A stretch of 64,000 bases of DNA, from the NCBI GenBank assembly GCA_047150005.1, contig AP038806.1, forward strand, positions 1,152,001-1,216,000, read 5' to 3'. The position numbers and the translations under genes are program-made. Below the pieces are notes generated by a model. The model was not told the DNA's origin. It saw nothing but the letters and a program-made list of their open reading frames with translations, and made no database searches. The DNA comes from Nitrospira sp. (GTDB taxonomy: Bacteria; Nitrospirota; Nitrospiria; Nitrospirales; Nitrospiraceae). Positions 19,022 to 29,620 of the stretch are shown in pieces (positions within the stretch are counted from its first letter, which is position 1; each line of letters opens with the position of its first letter).

Positions 19022-22000
19022 TTAGGGCTTCGGATGCGCTGCAACTTCTGCGGATGCCGCCCGATGGCCGCCACCTCGCGGCCGCGATCCAGGGCTTCCT
19101 TCAGGGCCTCGCGGAGTGTTGGCGCGCGTCCTGCGGAACAGCCCTGGCGCAGGCGAGCGCACCAGCACGAAGAACAACGGAACGAAAAAGATCGCGAGAA
19201 AGGTTGCGGCGATCATCCCACCGAACACACCGGTCCCGATCGAATGGCGGCTGGCCGCTCCGGCGCCGCCGGCGATCAGCAACGGCGCGACGCCGAGAAT
19301 AAACGCCAAGGAGGTCATCAGAATCGGGCGGAAGCGCAGCCGCGCGGCCTCGAGGGCGGCATCGGCCAACGGCACCCCATGCAGGTACCGCTGGTTGGCG
19401 AATTCCACGATCAGGATGGCGTTCTTGGCCGCGAGTCCGATGAGCGTGACCAAGCCGATCTGAAAATAGATATCGTTGGTCAGACCGGCAAGCCACACCG
19501 CCGACAAGGCGCCGAGCACGCCGAACGGCACGGCCAGAATGACGGCAAACGGCACCTTCCAACTTTCGTACTGCGCTGCGAGCACGAGGAACACCATGAG
19601 CAATCCGAAACCGAACGCGACGACCGACTGCGCGCCGGCATTGCGCTCTTGATACGAGATTCCGCTCCAATCGACGTCGAATCCTCTGGGAATCAAGACC
19701 TCCTGCGCCGCTCGCTCCAAGGCGTCGAGCGCTTGTCCTGAGCTGTACCCCGGCGCCGCGGAGCCGAGGACGAGGGCGGTATTGAATCCGTTGAAATGCG
19801 TGACCGGATCAGGCCCGCTGGTGTAGGTCGTCGTGACGACCGTGTCGAGCGGAATCATGGCCTGGCGCTGGCCGTTCACCGCCCGCACGTAAATTTTGGC
19901 GATGTCGGCGGGGCGGGAACGATACTGCGGCTCCGCTTCGGTCTGCACCCGGTAGACGCGGCCGAACTTCACGAAATCGTTCACATAGAGGTTACCGAAA
20001 TAGGCTTGGAGCGTGTCGAAGACTTCGGAGATCGGCACCCCCAGCGTCTTGGCCCGTTCCCGGTTCACTTTGGCATACACGCGCGGCGCGCTCACGCGGA
20101 AACTGGTGCTGACGGCGCCGATCGCCGGGTCCTGTCTCGCCCTGGCGACGAATTCCTGCGCCACGGCGCCGAACTTCGTAAAGTCGCCGCCGCCGGGATC
20201 TTGCAGCTGGACGGAGAATCCCCCTGTGGCCCCGAGCCCGCGGATCGAAGGCGCATTGAAGGCCAGAACCAGGGCGCCCGGAATCGTCGCAAATTCCCTG
20301 AAGGCGCCGCCGATGAGCGCCTTCACATGGTCCTGCCGGCCTTTCCTCTCATCCCAATGTTTGAGCGGTGTGAACATCGTGGCCGTGTTGGTGCCCCGCG
20401 TGTTGAAGACGAAGTTCTGTCCCGACAGGGTTTGCGTCCCGTAAATCGCCGGCAGCGTTTGGTAGTATTGCTCGACCCTGTCCAGGACGGCGTCCGTCCG
20501 TTTTTTCGACGCGCCGTCGGGAAGCTGCGCAATCGTGATGAAGTATCCTTGATCTTCGTCGGGCAGAAACGCCATCGGGATCGCCCGAAAGAGACCTCCC
20601 GCAAACGCGAGAACCACGCCGAACAACGCGAGCGAGAGGAGCGCATGCCTCAACATAAGGCCGACACCGTTTGCATAGTGATGCTGGGTCCAATCGAAGA
20701 ACCGGTTGAAAAGCCCGAACACTCCTCTGCCCTGGTCGTGACGGGGCTTGAGCACCAGCGCGCAGAGCGCAGGGCTGAGCGTCAGCGCGACGAAGCCTGA
20801 AATCGCCACGGACACGGCGATCGTAATGGCGAACTGCTTGTACAACTGGCCGGTGATCCCGCCGAGAAAGCCCACCGGCACGAACACAGCGCAGAGAATG
20901 AGCACGATCGCGATCACCGGTCCGGCCACTTCACCCATCGCCTTCTTGGCGGCTTCGTTCGGCGACAACCCCTGCTCCATATGGCGCTCTACATTTTCCA
21001 CGACCACAATGGCGTCGTCGACCACGATGCCGATGGCGAGCACCAGGCCGAAGAGTGTCAGGGTGTTGATCGAGAAACCCAAGGCCGCCATCCCCGCAAA
21101 CGTGCCGATCAGTGAGACCGGCACGGCCAGCGCCGGAATCAAGGTAGCTCGCCAGCTCTGCAGAAACAGATAGACGACACCAACGACCAGAATCATCGCT
21201 TCCAGCAGCGTCTTTACGACTTCCTTGATCGACACCTCGACAAAACGCGTCGTGTCGTACGGGATGTCGTAGGTGACGCCCGGCGGAAAGATTCTCGTGA
21301 GGCGATCCATTTCAGCCCTCACCGCCTTCACGGTGTCGAGCGCATTGGCTCCCGGAGAGAGAAAGGTGAGGAGCAGCGCGGTGGGCTTGCGGTTATACCG
21401 GCCCTCCAGGACATAGGATTGCGCGCCCAGCTCCACCCGCGCCACGTCCTTGAGACGGACCATCGAGCCGTCCGGCAGAGCCCGGACGATCATGTCTTCG
21501 AATTCACGCACTTCGGACATGCGGCCTTCCGTGATCAGTGGAAGGGTCAGCTCGGTGGCGGCCGCCATCGGCTCACGTCCGATGGTGCCGGCGGGAAAAT
21601 CGCGGTTCTGCTCGCGCACCACGTTGGCGATATCGGTCGGCGTCAGTGCCAACTGGGCCATGCGTACCGGGTCGAGGATGAGACGCATGCTGTAGTTCTG
21701 CTGGCCGAACACCAGGGCATCGCCGACGCCCGGGAGACGCTTGATGTTGTCGAGGATCCGCAGAATGGCGAAGTTGGACAGGAAGAATGCGTCCTGCTGA
21801 GGGTCGTCGGATTGCAGCACCATCACGGCCAGGAGATCCGGCGACATCTTTTTCACGGTGATTCCCTGGCGGACGACCTCCGGCGGCAACTGCGGTTCCG
21901 CAAGCTTCTGGCGATTCTGGGTCTGGACCTGCGCAATATCCACATCGGTCCCGATCTGGAAGGTGAGGCGAAGGCTCACGTGGCCGTCGTTCGTACTGGT

Positions 22001-22243
22001 TGAATCGAAGTACAAGAGATTGTCGATGCCGGGCAGCTGTAATTCGATCGGCCGCGCCACGGACTCGGCCGCGACTTCCGCACTGGCGCCGGGATAGTCG
22101 GCTTCGATCTGGACGACGGGTGGAGTGATTTCAGGGAATTGCGCGATCGGGAGCGTCCGCATGGCTACGAGCCCGATCACAACGATGACGATGGAAAGGA
22201 CCGACGCAAAGACCGGTCGGTCGATAAAAAAGCTGAAGTTCAT
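19022..22243 (-). CDS. RND efflux transporter permease subunit (HAE1 family)
   Basis: FFIDRPVFA, GIVVDDAIVVVENV, AKNAILIVEFA, RFRPILMTS. Confidence 0.96.
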   Translation of the reverse strand: MNFSFFIDRPVFASVLSIVIVVIGLVAMRTLPIAQFPEITPPVVQIEADYPGASAEVAAESVARPIELQLPGIDNLLYFDSTSTNDGHVSLRLTFQIGTDVDIAQVQTQNRQKLAEPQLPPEVVRQGITVKKMSPDLLAVMVLQSDDPQQDAFFLSNFAILRILDNIKRLPGVGDALVFGQQNYSMRLILDPVRMAQLALTPTDIANVVREQNRDFPAGTIGREPMAAATELTLPLITEGRMSEVREFEDMIVRALPDGSMVRLKDVARVELGAQSYVLEGRYNRKPTALLLTFLSPGANALDTVKAVRAEMDRLTRIFPPGVTYDIPYDTTRFVEVSIKEVVKTLLEAMILVVGVVYLFLQSWRATLIPALAVPVSLIGTFAGMAALGFSINTLTLFGLVLAIGIVVDDAIVVVENVERHMEQGLSPNEAAKKAMGEVAGPVIAIVLILCAVFVPVGFLGGITGQLYKQFAITIAVSVAISGFVALTLSPALCALVLKPRHDQGRGVFGLFNRFFDWTQHHYANGVGLMLRHALLSLALFGVVLAFAGGLFRAIPMAFLPDEDQGYFITIAQLPDGASKKRTDAVLDRVEQYYQTLPAIYGTQTLSGQNFVFNTRGTNTATMFTPLKHWDERKGRQDHVKALIGGAFREFATIPGALVLAFNAPSIRGLGATGGFSVQLQDPGGGDFTKFGAVAQEFVARARQDPAIGAVSTSFRVSAPRVYAKVNRERAKTLGVPISEVFDTLQAYFGNLYVNDFVKFGRVYRVQTEAEPQYRSRPADIAKIYVRAVNGQRQAMIPLDTVVTTTYTSGPDPVTHFNGFNTALVLGSAAPGYSSGQALDALERAAQEVLIPRGFDVDWSGISYQERNAGAQSVVAFGFGLLMVFLVLAAQYESWKVPFAVILAVPFGVLGALSAVWLAGLTNDIYFQIGLVTLIGLAAKNAILIVEFANQRYLHGVPLADAALEAARLRFRPILMTSLAFILGVAPLLIAGGAGAASRHSIGTGVFGGMIAATFLAIFFVPLFFVLVRSPAPGLFRRTRANTPRGPEGSPGSRPRGGGHRAASAEVAAHPKP

Positions 22244-23433
22244 TTCGGCTTGTCCGCGCCGGCGGCGACGGGCGCCGGAACGGCATCGGTCGTCGCCGAG
22301 GAAACAGGCACGGCCTTGACCTGGGCTCCCGGCAGGATCCGCTGGAACCCATCTACGATCACCCGCTCTCCTGCATGGAGCCCTTCTTCAATGAGCCAGC
22401 GATCCCCTTCCCAATCGGCTGCCTTCACGTCCCGGACTTCCACCTTGTCGTCCTTGCCGACAACATAAACCACCGCGCCCTTCGGCCCTTGCTGGACCGC
22501 CCGCTGCGGAACAAGGATGGAATTGGGTTTCGACACCCCGTGGAAACGCACAGTGACGAACTGGCCCGGCATCAAAACCCGGTCGGGATTCGGGAAAACC
22601 ACCCGCGCCTGCCGCGAGCCTGTCTCCGATCGCAAACTCACGTCAGCAAAATCCAACTTGCCCTCGTGGGGATAGGTCGTACCGTCCACGAAAATGATCG
22701 TGCCCGTCAGGTGATAGATGCCTGGATGTTGGATCCGTTGGGACAGGATGTCCCGCCGCCGCTTGAGGAGAAAACTTTCCGGCGCGCTCACGATCACGTA
22801 CATCGGATCGACCTGATGGATCACGGTCAGCAGGTCCGTCTGGGCGGTGACCAATCGTCCTTGATAAGAGCGGGTCCGCTCGATCAGGCCGTCGACAGGG
22901 GCCGTGATGAGCGTGTTGTCGAGATCGAATTGCGCTCGGACGAGATCCCCCTTTGCCGCCTCCAGCGCCGCCTTGGCGGCGAGATCTTCGGCGATCGCGT
23001 CATCCACGTCTTTCTGACTGACGGCCTGTTCGACGAGCAACGGTTTGACCCGCTTCATATTCTGCTTGGCTTGCACGAGCCTCGCTTCCGCTTGCGCGAC
23101 TCTGCCTTTCGCGCTGACGAAGGCCGCCTTGAACGGGACGGGATCTATCTCATAGAGTTGATCGCCTTCCTTGACGTCGCGCCCTTCGGAGAAGAAGCGC
23201 CGTTTGATGATGCCCGTGACTTGGGAACGAATCTCGACGATGCTCGATGCCTCGGCTTGCCCGATGAATTCCGGCTCATCGGGCACAGTCTGAAGACTGA
23301 CCTCGACGATCTCTACCTCCGGCAGTTGACGCGCGGAGGAAGACCCGGCTTCACCTTTGCAGGCACACAGGCTTGCTCCGATCATGAGAAGCAGCGCGCC
23401 GATCGAGGGTCTCCGCACAATGCCTTCGATCAT
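22240..23433 (-). CDS. RND efflux periplasmic adaptor (MFP) lipoprotein
   Basis: Lipobox LCAC; EIRSQVTGII, ITAPVDG, LMPGQFV. Confidence 0.93.
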   Translation of the reverse strand: MIEGIVRRPSIGALLLMIGASLCACKGEAGSSSARQLPEVEIVEVSLQTVPDEPEFIGQAEASSIVEIRSQVTGIIKRRFFSEGRDVKEGDQLYEIDPVPFKAAFVSAKGRVAQAEARLVQAKQNMKRVKPLLVEQAVSQKDVDDAIAEDLAAKAALEAAKGDLVRAQFDLDNTLITAPVDGLIERTRSYQGRLVTAQTDLLTVIHQVDPMYVIVSAPESFLLKRRRDILSQRIQHPGIYHLTGTIIFVDGTTYPHEGKLDFADVSLRSETGSRQARVVFPNPDRVLMPGQFVTVRFHGVSKPNSILVPQRAVQQGPKGAVVYVVGKDDKVEVRDVKAADWEGDRWLIEEGLHAGERVIVDGFQRILPGAQVKAVPVSSATTDAVPAPVAAGADKPK

Positions 23434-23549
23434 GACGAGGTTCTTCCTACCTGTCCCAGGCTCATGCCGCACGATCGAGTCTCCAATTCTTGCCCCATCA
23501 TGGCGCTTTATCGGTTTTCTCTGCAACTACCTTTCGTGGCAGGTTCCTC

Positions 23550-23731
23550 CTTCGGTTTCACCGATTCAAACTTCGCGCGCCGGAGATCCGGCTCCACGGG
23601 GTGCAGCGGCGTGAGGAGTTGGACGCGCGGCGGGATGCCTCCTCGAGTTCCGCATCGTTCGCGAGGGACAACTCTCCCGCGAGCATTTTTTCTTTTTGCG
23701 TTCTGCCGTCGTCCTGATCGATCTGTGACAT
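23550..23731 (-). pseudogene. Maltose/sugar O-acetyltransferase remnant with internal deletion
   Basis: RTQKEKMLAGEL..DAEL, joined out of frame to VQLLTPLHPVEPDLRRAKFE..KP. Confidence 0.7.
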
Positions 23732-23799
23732 GCGGGCTCGGTCCCAATGACTCTCTGCTGCGGAACTCCTCGCCGCCAAGTCGTGTTTCAATTTGGCCG

Positions 23800-23955
23800 T
23801 CATGCCGCCAGACGCACAATCGGTTTGATGGTGACGCCTTTCTCGCTGTCTTCGGCCGCCTGGTTGATCTGGTCGAGACTGTAGAACTTGACCAGCCTGT
23901 CGAACGGAAAGCGGCCCTGCATGTAGAGATCCACCAGACTCGGGATGGAAGAGAT
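23800..23955 (-). pseudogene. 3' end of an aryl/benzyl-alcohol dehydrogenase (Zn-dependent MDR)
   Basis: [46 protein letters not shown], with no N-terminal part. Confidence 0.8.
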
Positions 23956-24268
23956 GCAGCAGCACATTCCCAATGAGCAGGTTGAGCAATGTCCAGATGA
24001 CGGCGGCAAGGCTGTACCAGAGGGAGACATAAAACCGGGCGGCCCGCCGGCGAAAGATCGTGCCGAGCACTTGAACCGCGATGCCGAGGAACACCGCATA
24101 ACGCAAAACGTTGAGGGGCCACTCGAACTCGGCGTTCTCCACGCCGATCACGTACCCCATGAGTAAGGAGGCCGAGCCCAGCACGAGAAAGGCGTTCCAC
24201 ATCCACAGAAGAGGCCATCCCCACTCGGGCTTATACAGCGGGACTCCGCAGAGCCGGGGAACAAAGTA

Positions 24269-25102
24269 GAACCTATCTCAAAATTGCTTTAGGAGCATGG
24301 TAATCGATGCGAGCTGCACAAACCCCAGGAAGTTTGAGGCGTAATATTCCCAACGTACGAGTAACCGCCGCTTCCATTGGAGCCACGCAAAGAACCGTTC
24401 GACGAGCCAGCGGCGTTGGTACCGGCGCAAGTGGCGCCCGTCCTGGGTCTTGAGTTTGCGGGTGGACCGGTGCGGCGCGATCAGGTTCACGCCGCCTTGC
24501 TTGAGGTCGTCATCGAGCCCATCGCTGTCATAGGCCCGATCGCCGATGAGATGCTCGGGCTTGGCCTCCAGCATGTAGAAGTCGAAACTGAGTTGGACCA
24601 ATGTGACCTCATGATGATTGGCCGCGTGCGTACTGACCGAGAGCGGCAACCCATGACGATCCACAATCGCCAGGATCTTCACGCCTTTGCCGCGTTTCGT
24701 GAGCCCCACCGCGTCGCCCCCGCCCTTGGCGGCCGCGAACGTCGCGTCGATGAAACTCTCGCGCTCGTCGATGGCGCCCTCGTCGCGCAGCGTATTCGCC
24801 AACTGCGTGAGAATCTCGCGCAGCACCTCGCGTTCGCACCACTGCTGAAATCGGCGATGAACCGTTTTGTAGTTGGGATAGCACTGCGGCAGCATGTGCC
24901 ACTGCGCCCCGGTGTTCAGAATCCACAGCACGGCCTCCAAGACCGCGCGGGCGGGCACGGGTTTGCGGCCGGGCCGGCCTTCGGGAATGTGTTCCTCGGG
25001 AAAATGTTCCCGAATCCGCTCCCATTGGTCGTCGCGCAGGCGCAACATGCGGGCGCATTATAGGCACTTTTCTGATGAGCACAACCATTTTGAGATAGGT
25101 TC
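24269..25102 (-). mobile_element. IS5-family insertion sequence, 834 bp, 16-bp perfect terminal inverted repeats, TA target duplication
   Basis: TA|GAACCTATCTCAAAAT ... ATTTTGAGATAGGTTC|TA. Confidence 0.95.
24278..25048 (-). CDS. IS5 family transposase (single ORF, 256 aa)
   Basis: GAQWHMLP..YKTVHRRFQQW; DDE motifs FIDAT, GDRAYDS, RWLVERFFAWL; stop codon lies inside the TIR. Confidence 0.95.
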   Translation of the reverse strand: MLRLRDDQWERIREHFPEEHIPEGRPGRKPVPARAVLEAVLWILNTGAQWHMLPQCYPNYKTVHRRFQQWCEREVLREILTQLANTLRDEGAIDERESFIDATFAAAKGGGDAVGLTKRGKGVKILAIVDRHGLPLSVSTHAANHHEVTLVQLSFDFYMLEAKPEHLIGDRAYDSDGLDDDLKQGGVNLIAPHRSTRKLKTQDGRHLRRYQRRWLVERFFAWLQWKRRLLVRWEYYASNFLGFVQLASITMLLKQF

Positions 25103-25481
25103 TAGTAGAGGAGGCCGATGAACGCGGTCGTGAACGACCCGAAAATCACGCCGTTGGTATGGACTGGGCGCAACCGCCCGAAGGTGAGAAACGAGGCGCC
25201 ACCCAGAAACTCAGGATTATGGAGCTGGATCGAAACCAGCACGCCGACGAAGGGGAAAAACGTCAGCCAGACCAGCCCCCACTTGGCCCAAGCTTGCACG
25301 AGGGAGTTGTCCAGTGGATCTGTCTCTCCCACCGACACCCCCCTCGTTGACTGATTCGACCGGAGAAAGCGACGGCCGATGCCTGAGGCATCGGCCGTCG
25401 CCACAACCCGCGCACTCCTATCTCACCTCACTCAGAAAGACGGCAATCCTGCGGACGATTGATGTGGACGTACACGGCTTG

Positions 25482-26402
25482 TTATTGCGCTTTTCTCACA
25501 TCGATCACCGTTCCCTCTTCGTTCAGCTCCACAACAATGTTGGACCCGTCCGCGATCGGCTTGGTCTTGATTTCCATCCGCTCCAATGGGAATTCTTTCA
25601 CTCCTTCCGGCGTGGAAAGCTTGACGATATTCTTATTCGGCCCTGTGCGGATCAGCTTGCCAAAAATCAGGCGGTGCGTCCCGGACGTGGCCTTGTCTTT
25701 TCCATGTGCGTCAATGACCATGCCCTCTTCATTGATCCAGAGCGAGACGTGGTCGCCGACTGCCGCATCAGCTGGAGCGTACTTCCTCATGAGCTTGTAC
25801 TGGGCGGCCGGCGTCTTGACGTAGACCAATGACGCATCCAACTTGGTGACCGTTCCATCGACTTGAATGACATACCCGGGCTTCGTGCGCGGGTGCTCGT
25901 CGAATTCCATCTCGACAGTGAACTTGTGAATATCGATGACTTTCCCCGCTTCGTTCACCTCGATCGTCACCGGTGCGCCTTCGTCGAATTGTGAGAGCTT
26001 CGATCGGCCTGTTTGCACGTCGAAATTCTTCTCTCCTCCCGGCGTCCAGAGCTTGATCTCCTTCTTGTCAGGGGAGGTATACACCAGGTTCCCGGTGACA
26101 AAGTGGTGCGAATGGGACTTGTCGCCCTTGCGATGAATGTCGATGACGGCATTGTTTTCACTCACCTGCATTTCGACTTCTTCGCCGACCTCGAGTCCCT
26201 TGGGTGTTACGCTTGAAGCCACCGTCATGGATCCCCAGGAAGTTTTCACGGTGACAAGACCCGATTGGACCTTCGAGACCACACCGCTGACCTTCATGTG
26301 CGTCGCCTTCCGTGGCTGTCCACCTTCCTGGGCAAAGCCCTGAGGCGCCGCGGTGAGCAAACTCACCATCACCACACCGAGAACCATCATCATGCTACGC
26401 AT
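25482..26402 (-). CDS. Secreted protein built from four ~65-aa beta-rich repeats
   Basis: Signal peptide, GAGGAG RBS; repeats end VSENNAVIDIH, VNEAGKVIDIH, INEEGMVIDAH, LNEEGTVIDVR. Confidence 0.8.
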   Translation of the reverse strand: MRSMMMVLGVVMVSLLTAAPQGFAQEGGQPRKATHMKVSGVVSKVQSGLVTVKTSWGSMTVASSVTPKGLEVGEEVEMQVSENNAVIDIHRKGDKSHSHHFVTGNLVYTSPDKKEIKLWTPGGEKNFDVQTGRSKLSQFDEGAPVTIEVNEAGKVIDIHKFTVEMEFDEHPRTKPGYVIQVDGTVTKLDASLVYVKTPAAQYKLMRKYAPADAAVGDHVSLWINEEGMVIDAHGKDKATSGTHRLIFGKLIRTGPNKNIVKLSTPEGVKEFPLERMEIKTKPIADGSNIVVELNEEGTVIDVRKAQ

Positions 26403-27024
26403 CAACCTGCTCCTCTTTTTCCTGTGGGTAGATACTTCCAGCGGCCGGTTCACGTTGGCATTCACATTACCCTCCTGGCTATAAGGTTAAAACTCAGCGC
26501 CCGTTCCGGCCTCCGATGGGATGGCCGTGATCATAAATCCTCGAGCCGACAATGTCACTGTCAAAAATGACAGGTCCTGTGGATAACCTACGGTGCCTTT
26601 TGGCGTCTAGGTGTCTCTGTCAGCACGCTCCAAATTGCTCCTGGAGGAGTGTTGATCAGGATTTCGATAGCGAGATCCTTCATCCAAGCCAACGAGGGTT
26701 AACCGAACTTGTGCGAACCGTACTCCCCAGCTTCGACGCCGCAATCCGCAAAGACTTCGAGTCCCTATCTTGATGGGCTTTGGGCGACCTTCGCTATGTG
26801 TGAGTCAGCCAAGCACTGAATTCAACCACGAGCCAGCGCGACCACATCGATCTCATAGCGCGCCTCGTGGCTGTTCGGATCCAAATATGGCGGGGTAATC
26901 GACACTCGCATCGTGTTTTCAGCTGAGGCAGGGAACAGGTTCTTATTCGCCGAAGACGCACTCGACGGACTGTGCGCTTCTCTCCGTTCACTCTCTGAGA
27001 CCACAGCCGTCTCTCAGATCGCGC

Positions 27025-27438
27025 CTAGAGTCGATCGCCCGCGGCTTCTGGTTGGTACAAAATCTCTTCAATGCGAAGCTTCCTGACCCCACCTGGGACG
27101 GACCATTCCACCGTATCGCCGACACGGTAACCGAGAATGGCGGTGCCGATCGGCGCCAAAATGGAAATCTTACGCTGTTCCACATTCGCCTGGGACGGAA
27201 ACACGATGGTGTAGACCTGTTCCTCCTTCGTCTCGGCATCGATCAGACGCACCCGTGAGTTCATGGTGACGACATCGGGAGGGACCGCCGCGGGCTTTAC
27301 GATATGCGCGCGATCCAGCTCGCCTTGGAGCGCTTCCAGCAATGGTCGGTCCCGCTCGGCAAAACTGATGCCGACTTGAAGCAGTTCCTTCAATCTGGTC
27401 AGATCATAGTCCGTGATGTAAATGTCGCGCGGATCCAT
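27025..27438 (-). CDS. rnk: Regulator of nucleoside diphosphate kinase (GreA/GreB family)
   Basis: ELDRA..VPPDVVTMNSRV, ISILAPIGTAILG, ILYQPEAAG. Confidence 0.92.
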   Translation of the reverse strand: MDPRDIYITDYDLTRLKELLQVGISFAERDRPLLEALQGELDRAHIVKPAAVPPDVVTMNSRVRLIDAETKEEQVYTIVFPSQANVEQRKISILAPIGTAILGYRVGDTVEWSVPGGVRKLRIEEILYQPEAAGDRL

Positions 27439-27463
27439 ATCCCCCTCCCTATCGATCCTTCGG

Positions 27464-28384
27464 TCAATCCACGGTCAGCGGCATGACACGACGATGACCT
27501 GGCTCAAACCTCGGGCTCTTGACCGTGAGTACAGGACACGACGCCTGCCGGACAACCGCTTCGGCCACACTGCCGAAGAACAACCGAGCCCATCTTGGAC
27601 GTCCATGCGTGCCCATCACGATCAGGTCGCATCCCTGCTCCTTTGCACAGTCAATGATCGAGACCGCCGGTATACCGCCACGAAGCATCGTCCGGGTCGC
27701 CAGGCCAAACGAGCTCACCAATGCTGCGAGCTGATCCAATTGCGCCCGCCAATGCACCCACTTCTGCCACTTTGCTTCCACAGAGTGTTCGGGTTCCGCA
27801 CCATAGTAAATTGGTTCAAGGACATGGACAAGCGTCATCTTGGCACCGAAATAGTTCGCGATTTGAATGGCATATTCGACGGCATCCAGGGACGGGCTAG
27901 AAAAATCCAGTGCTGCCATCACGTGTTGAATGGACGGTGTCTGGCAGGTTTCTGGACGCGCCGGAATCGCCAGGACAGGGCATGGCGCGTCTTTGATGAC
28001 ACGTTCCGCTGTGCTGCCAAGCAGGATCATGTCTAAGGCGGTGCGCCCGCTTGTTCCGACCACGACCACCTCAGCGCCGATGTCTTGGGCCGCTTTCTTG
28101 ATCTGTTCACTCGGGATGCCGACCATCTGCCGCACCTCCACACCGGTCAGTCCACTGTGCGTCAGTTGCTGCTCAATGGCCGCTAGTTGTCTTTCGCCCT
28201 CCTTCTGCATTTGCTCCAGGTACGTGGTAGCCGCCTGTGAGCCGAACAAGAGTGGGCTTGGGCTTTCTAGCACATGAAGAACACAGACCTTGGCTTCATT
28301 AGCCTTGGCCAGAAACACAGCATACTCCTGAGCTCTGCTCGCACAGTCTGAAAAATCCGTGGCAAAAACGATCTGCTTCATCAT
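27464..28384 (-). CDS. Tandem-domain universal stress protein
   Basis: ATDFS / AALDFS; GSTAERV..CPVL and GTHGR..GSVAEAV..CPVL. Confidence 0.93.
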   Translation of the reverse strand: MMKQIVFATDFSDCASRAQEYAVFLAKANEAKVCVLHVLESPSPLLFGSQAATTYLEQMQKEGERQLAAIEQQLTHSGLTGVEVRQMVGIPSEQIKKAAQDIGAEVVVVGTSGRTALDMILLGSTAERVIKDAPCPVLAIPARPETCQTPSIQHVMAALDFSSPSLDAVEYAIQIANYFGAKMTLVHVLEPIYYGAEPEHSVEAKWQKWVHWRAQLDQLAALVSSFGLATRTMLRGGIPAVSIIDCAKEQGCDLIVMGTHGRPRWARLFFGSVAEAVVRQASCPVLTVKSPRFEPGHRRVMPLTVD

Positions 28385-28439
28385 GGATCGGATCACCGAT
28401 CATTCTCCTAAGGAGATCCCGCGACCATTGGAGAGACCG

Positions 28440-28853
28440 TTAGCCGACGCGCGCGTTCGACCGCGCACCGACTTTACGGGGTTTCATGCGTCTGCGCTGT
28501 ACGCTTCGGCGCACGGCCCGCTCCACCCCTGCAAGGGCGCGACGGAACGCCACATCAATGAACGCGTTCCTCGCTTCGACAAGCACGCTCGGAAGATTGC
28601 TCAGAACCACTTTGATCCGGCAGAGTTGGTCGATGCCGCCGCGCGGACCGTTGACATCCTTCACACGGACGGTGACCCGCTCGATGGACTGCGCATACTT
28701 TCCAAGCATCCTGCTGAGCTTTTGTCGGATGTACCTTCGTGCGTCCTTATTCAGGTTGGCCCTTAACACGCGAATGTGAGCGGGAACCACTTCCGCACGG
28801 CCGGACTCCCGCTTGAGCGCTTTCGGAATCCAGCCTGGAAAGGGCGAACGCAT
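28440..28853 (-). CDS. HPF/RaiA-like ribosome-associated protein
   Basis: IERVTVRVKDVNGPRGGIDQLCRI, characteristic of this HPF-like subfamily. Confidence 0.75.
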   Translation of the reverse strand: MRSPFPGWIPKALKRESGRAEVVPAHIRVLRANLNKDARRYIRQKLSRMLGKYAQSIERVTVRVKDVNGPRGGIDQLCRIKVVLSNLPSVLVEARNAFIDVAFRRALAGVERAVRRSVQRRRMKPRKVGARSNARVG

Positions 28854-29157
28854 CGGGACCCCCTTGTACGCCAATGGCCGTACCCACTCTAGTCACGGGA
28901 ATCTATTCTACTACTAGGAAGGCTTCTAGATCACCAGACGTCACGCACACACATCCGTCGCGTCCTGGACCGTGACGCGCCTTGACGTTGAAGGCGGACC
29001 AGCTCTCTCCTTTTCACTGCTGATGGTTTGCTCAACGCACTCCTGCGCCAAATCGGCGTCGAAGGCTGATGAACTTGCTGTTCTTAGACGCTCCTTCCTC
29101 TCTCTGAAGAGGTCATGATGAACGTTCATCATGACGATGGGCATTCGGCGAGCAGGC

Positions 29158-29598
29158 TTAGGGATCGATGCCCATCCCCACCCCAAGCCCGATCCTCGCT
29201 CGCAACAGATCATGACGCATGACCGAGTAAAGGACTTTGCCGTCCTTTTCGACGGGCAGGCTCAGCACGTGATGCTCCTCCATCATCTTGGCGGCCTGAG
29301 AAATCGGCGTGCTGTCGGACACCGTGAGGCGCACCTCTCGCATGATGTCCTTGGCCTGCAGCTTGCTCAAATCCTTGCCGTTGTCCAATGCCCGCATGAT
29401 GTCGAACTCGTTAATGAAACCCAAATATTTCATTCGCTCGTCCACTACCGGGGCTCCGGCTGTATGCGTCGCCAGCAAGTCCAACGCGACCATCACCCCA
29501 TTGCGATCTTCCTTAAACCACAGCGCGTTCGTCGCGTCGATCTGTCCGATCGTCGTGAAGCCTCCAACGGGAACTCCCGGTTTATTGAGTATGTTCAT
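29158..29598 (-). CDS. CBS domain protein (paralog 1)
   Basis: GAPVVD..GFINEFD, LPVEKDG..RHDLLRA. Confidence 0.88.
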   Translation of the reverse strand: MNILNKPGVPVGGFTTIGQIDATNALWFKEDRNGVMVALDLLATHTAGAPVVDERMKYLGFINEFDIMRALDNGKDLSKLQAKDIMREVRLTVSDSTPISQAAKMMEEHHVLSLPVEKDGKVLYSVMRHDLLRARIGLGVGMGIDP

Positions 29599-29620
29599 TT
29601 CTCCTCCTTGCGCCTTGTTA

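Larger units (their letters stand above)
23956..25404 (-). pseudogene. cbb3-type cytochrome c oxidase subunit I-like (CcoN) 5' fragment, interrupted by IS5 and truncated
   Basis: FGRLRPVHTNGVIFG; removing the IS and one TA restores LLYYFVPRLCG, continuing [15 protein letters not shown]. Confidence 0.85.

Noticed and set aside
22375..23976. 533-aa plus-strand ORF
   Set aside because: Antisense to the RND adaptor gene and the pseudogene scar
23558..24202. 214-aa ORF as a novel membrane fusion protein
   Set aside because: It is a chance read-through across three unrelated remnants (ccoN-like, ADH off-frame, acetyltransferase)
26590..27004. Short ORFs downstream of rnk
   Set aside because: No recognisable family and several stops; possibly decayed coding DNA but not supportable
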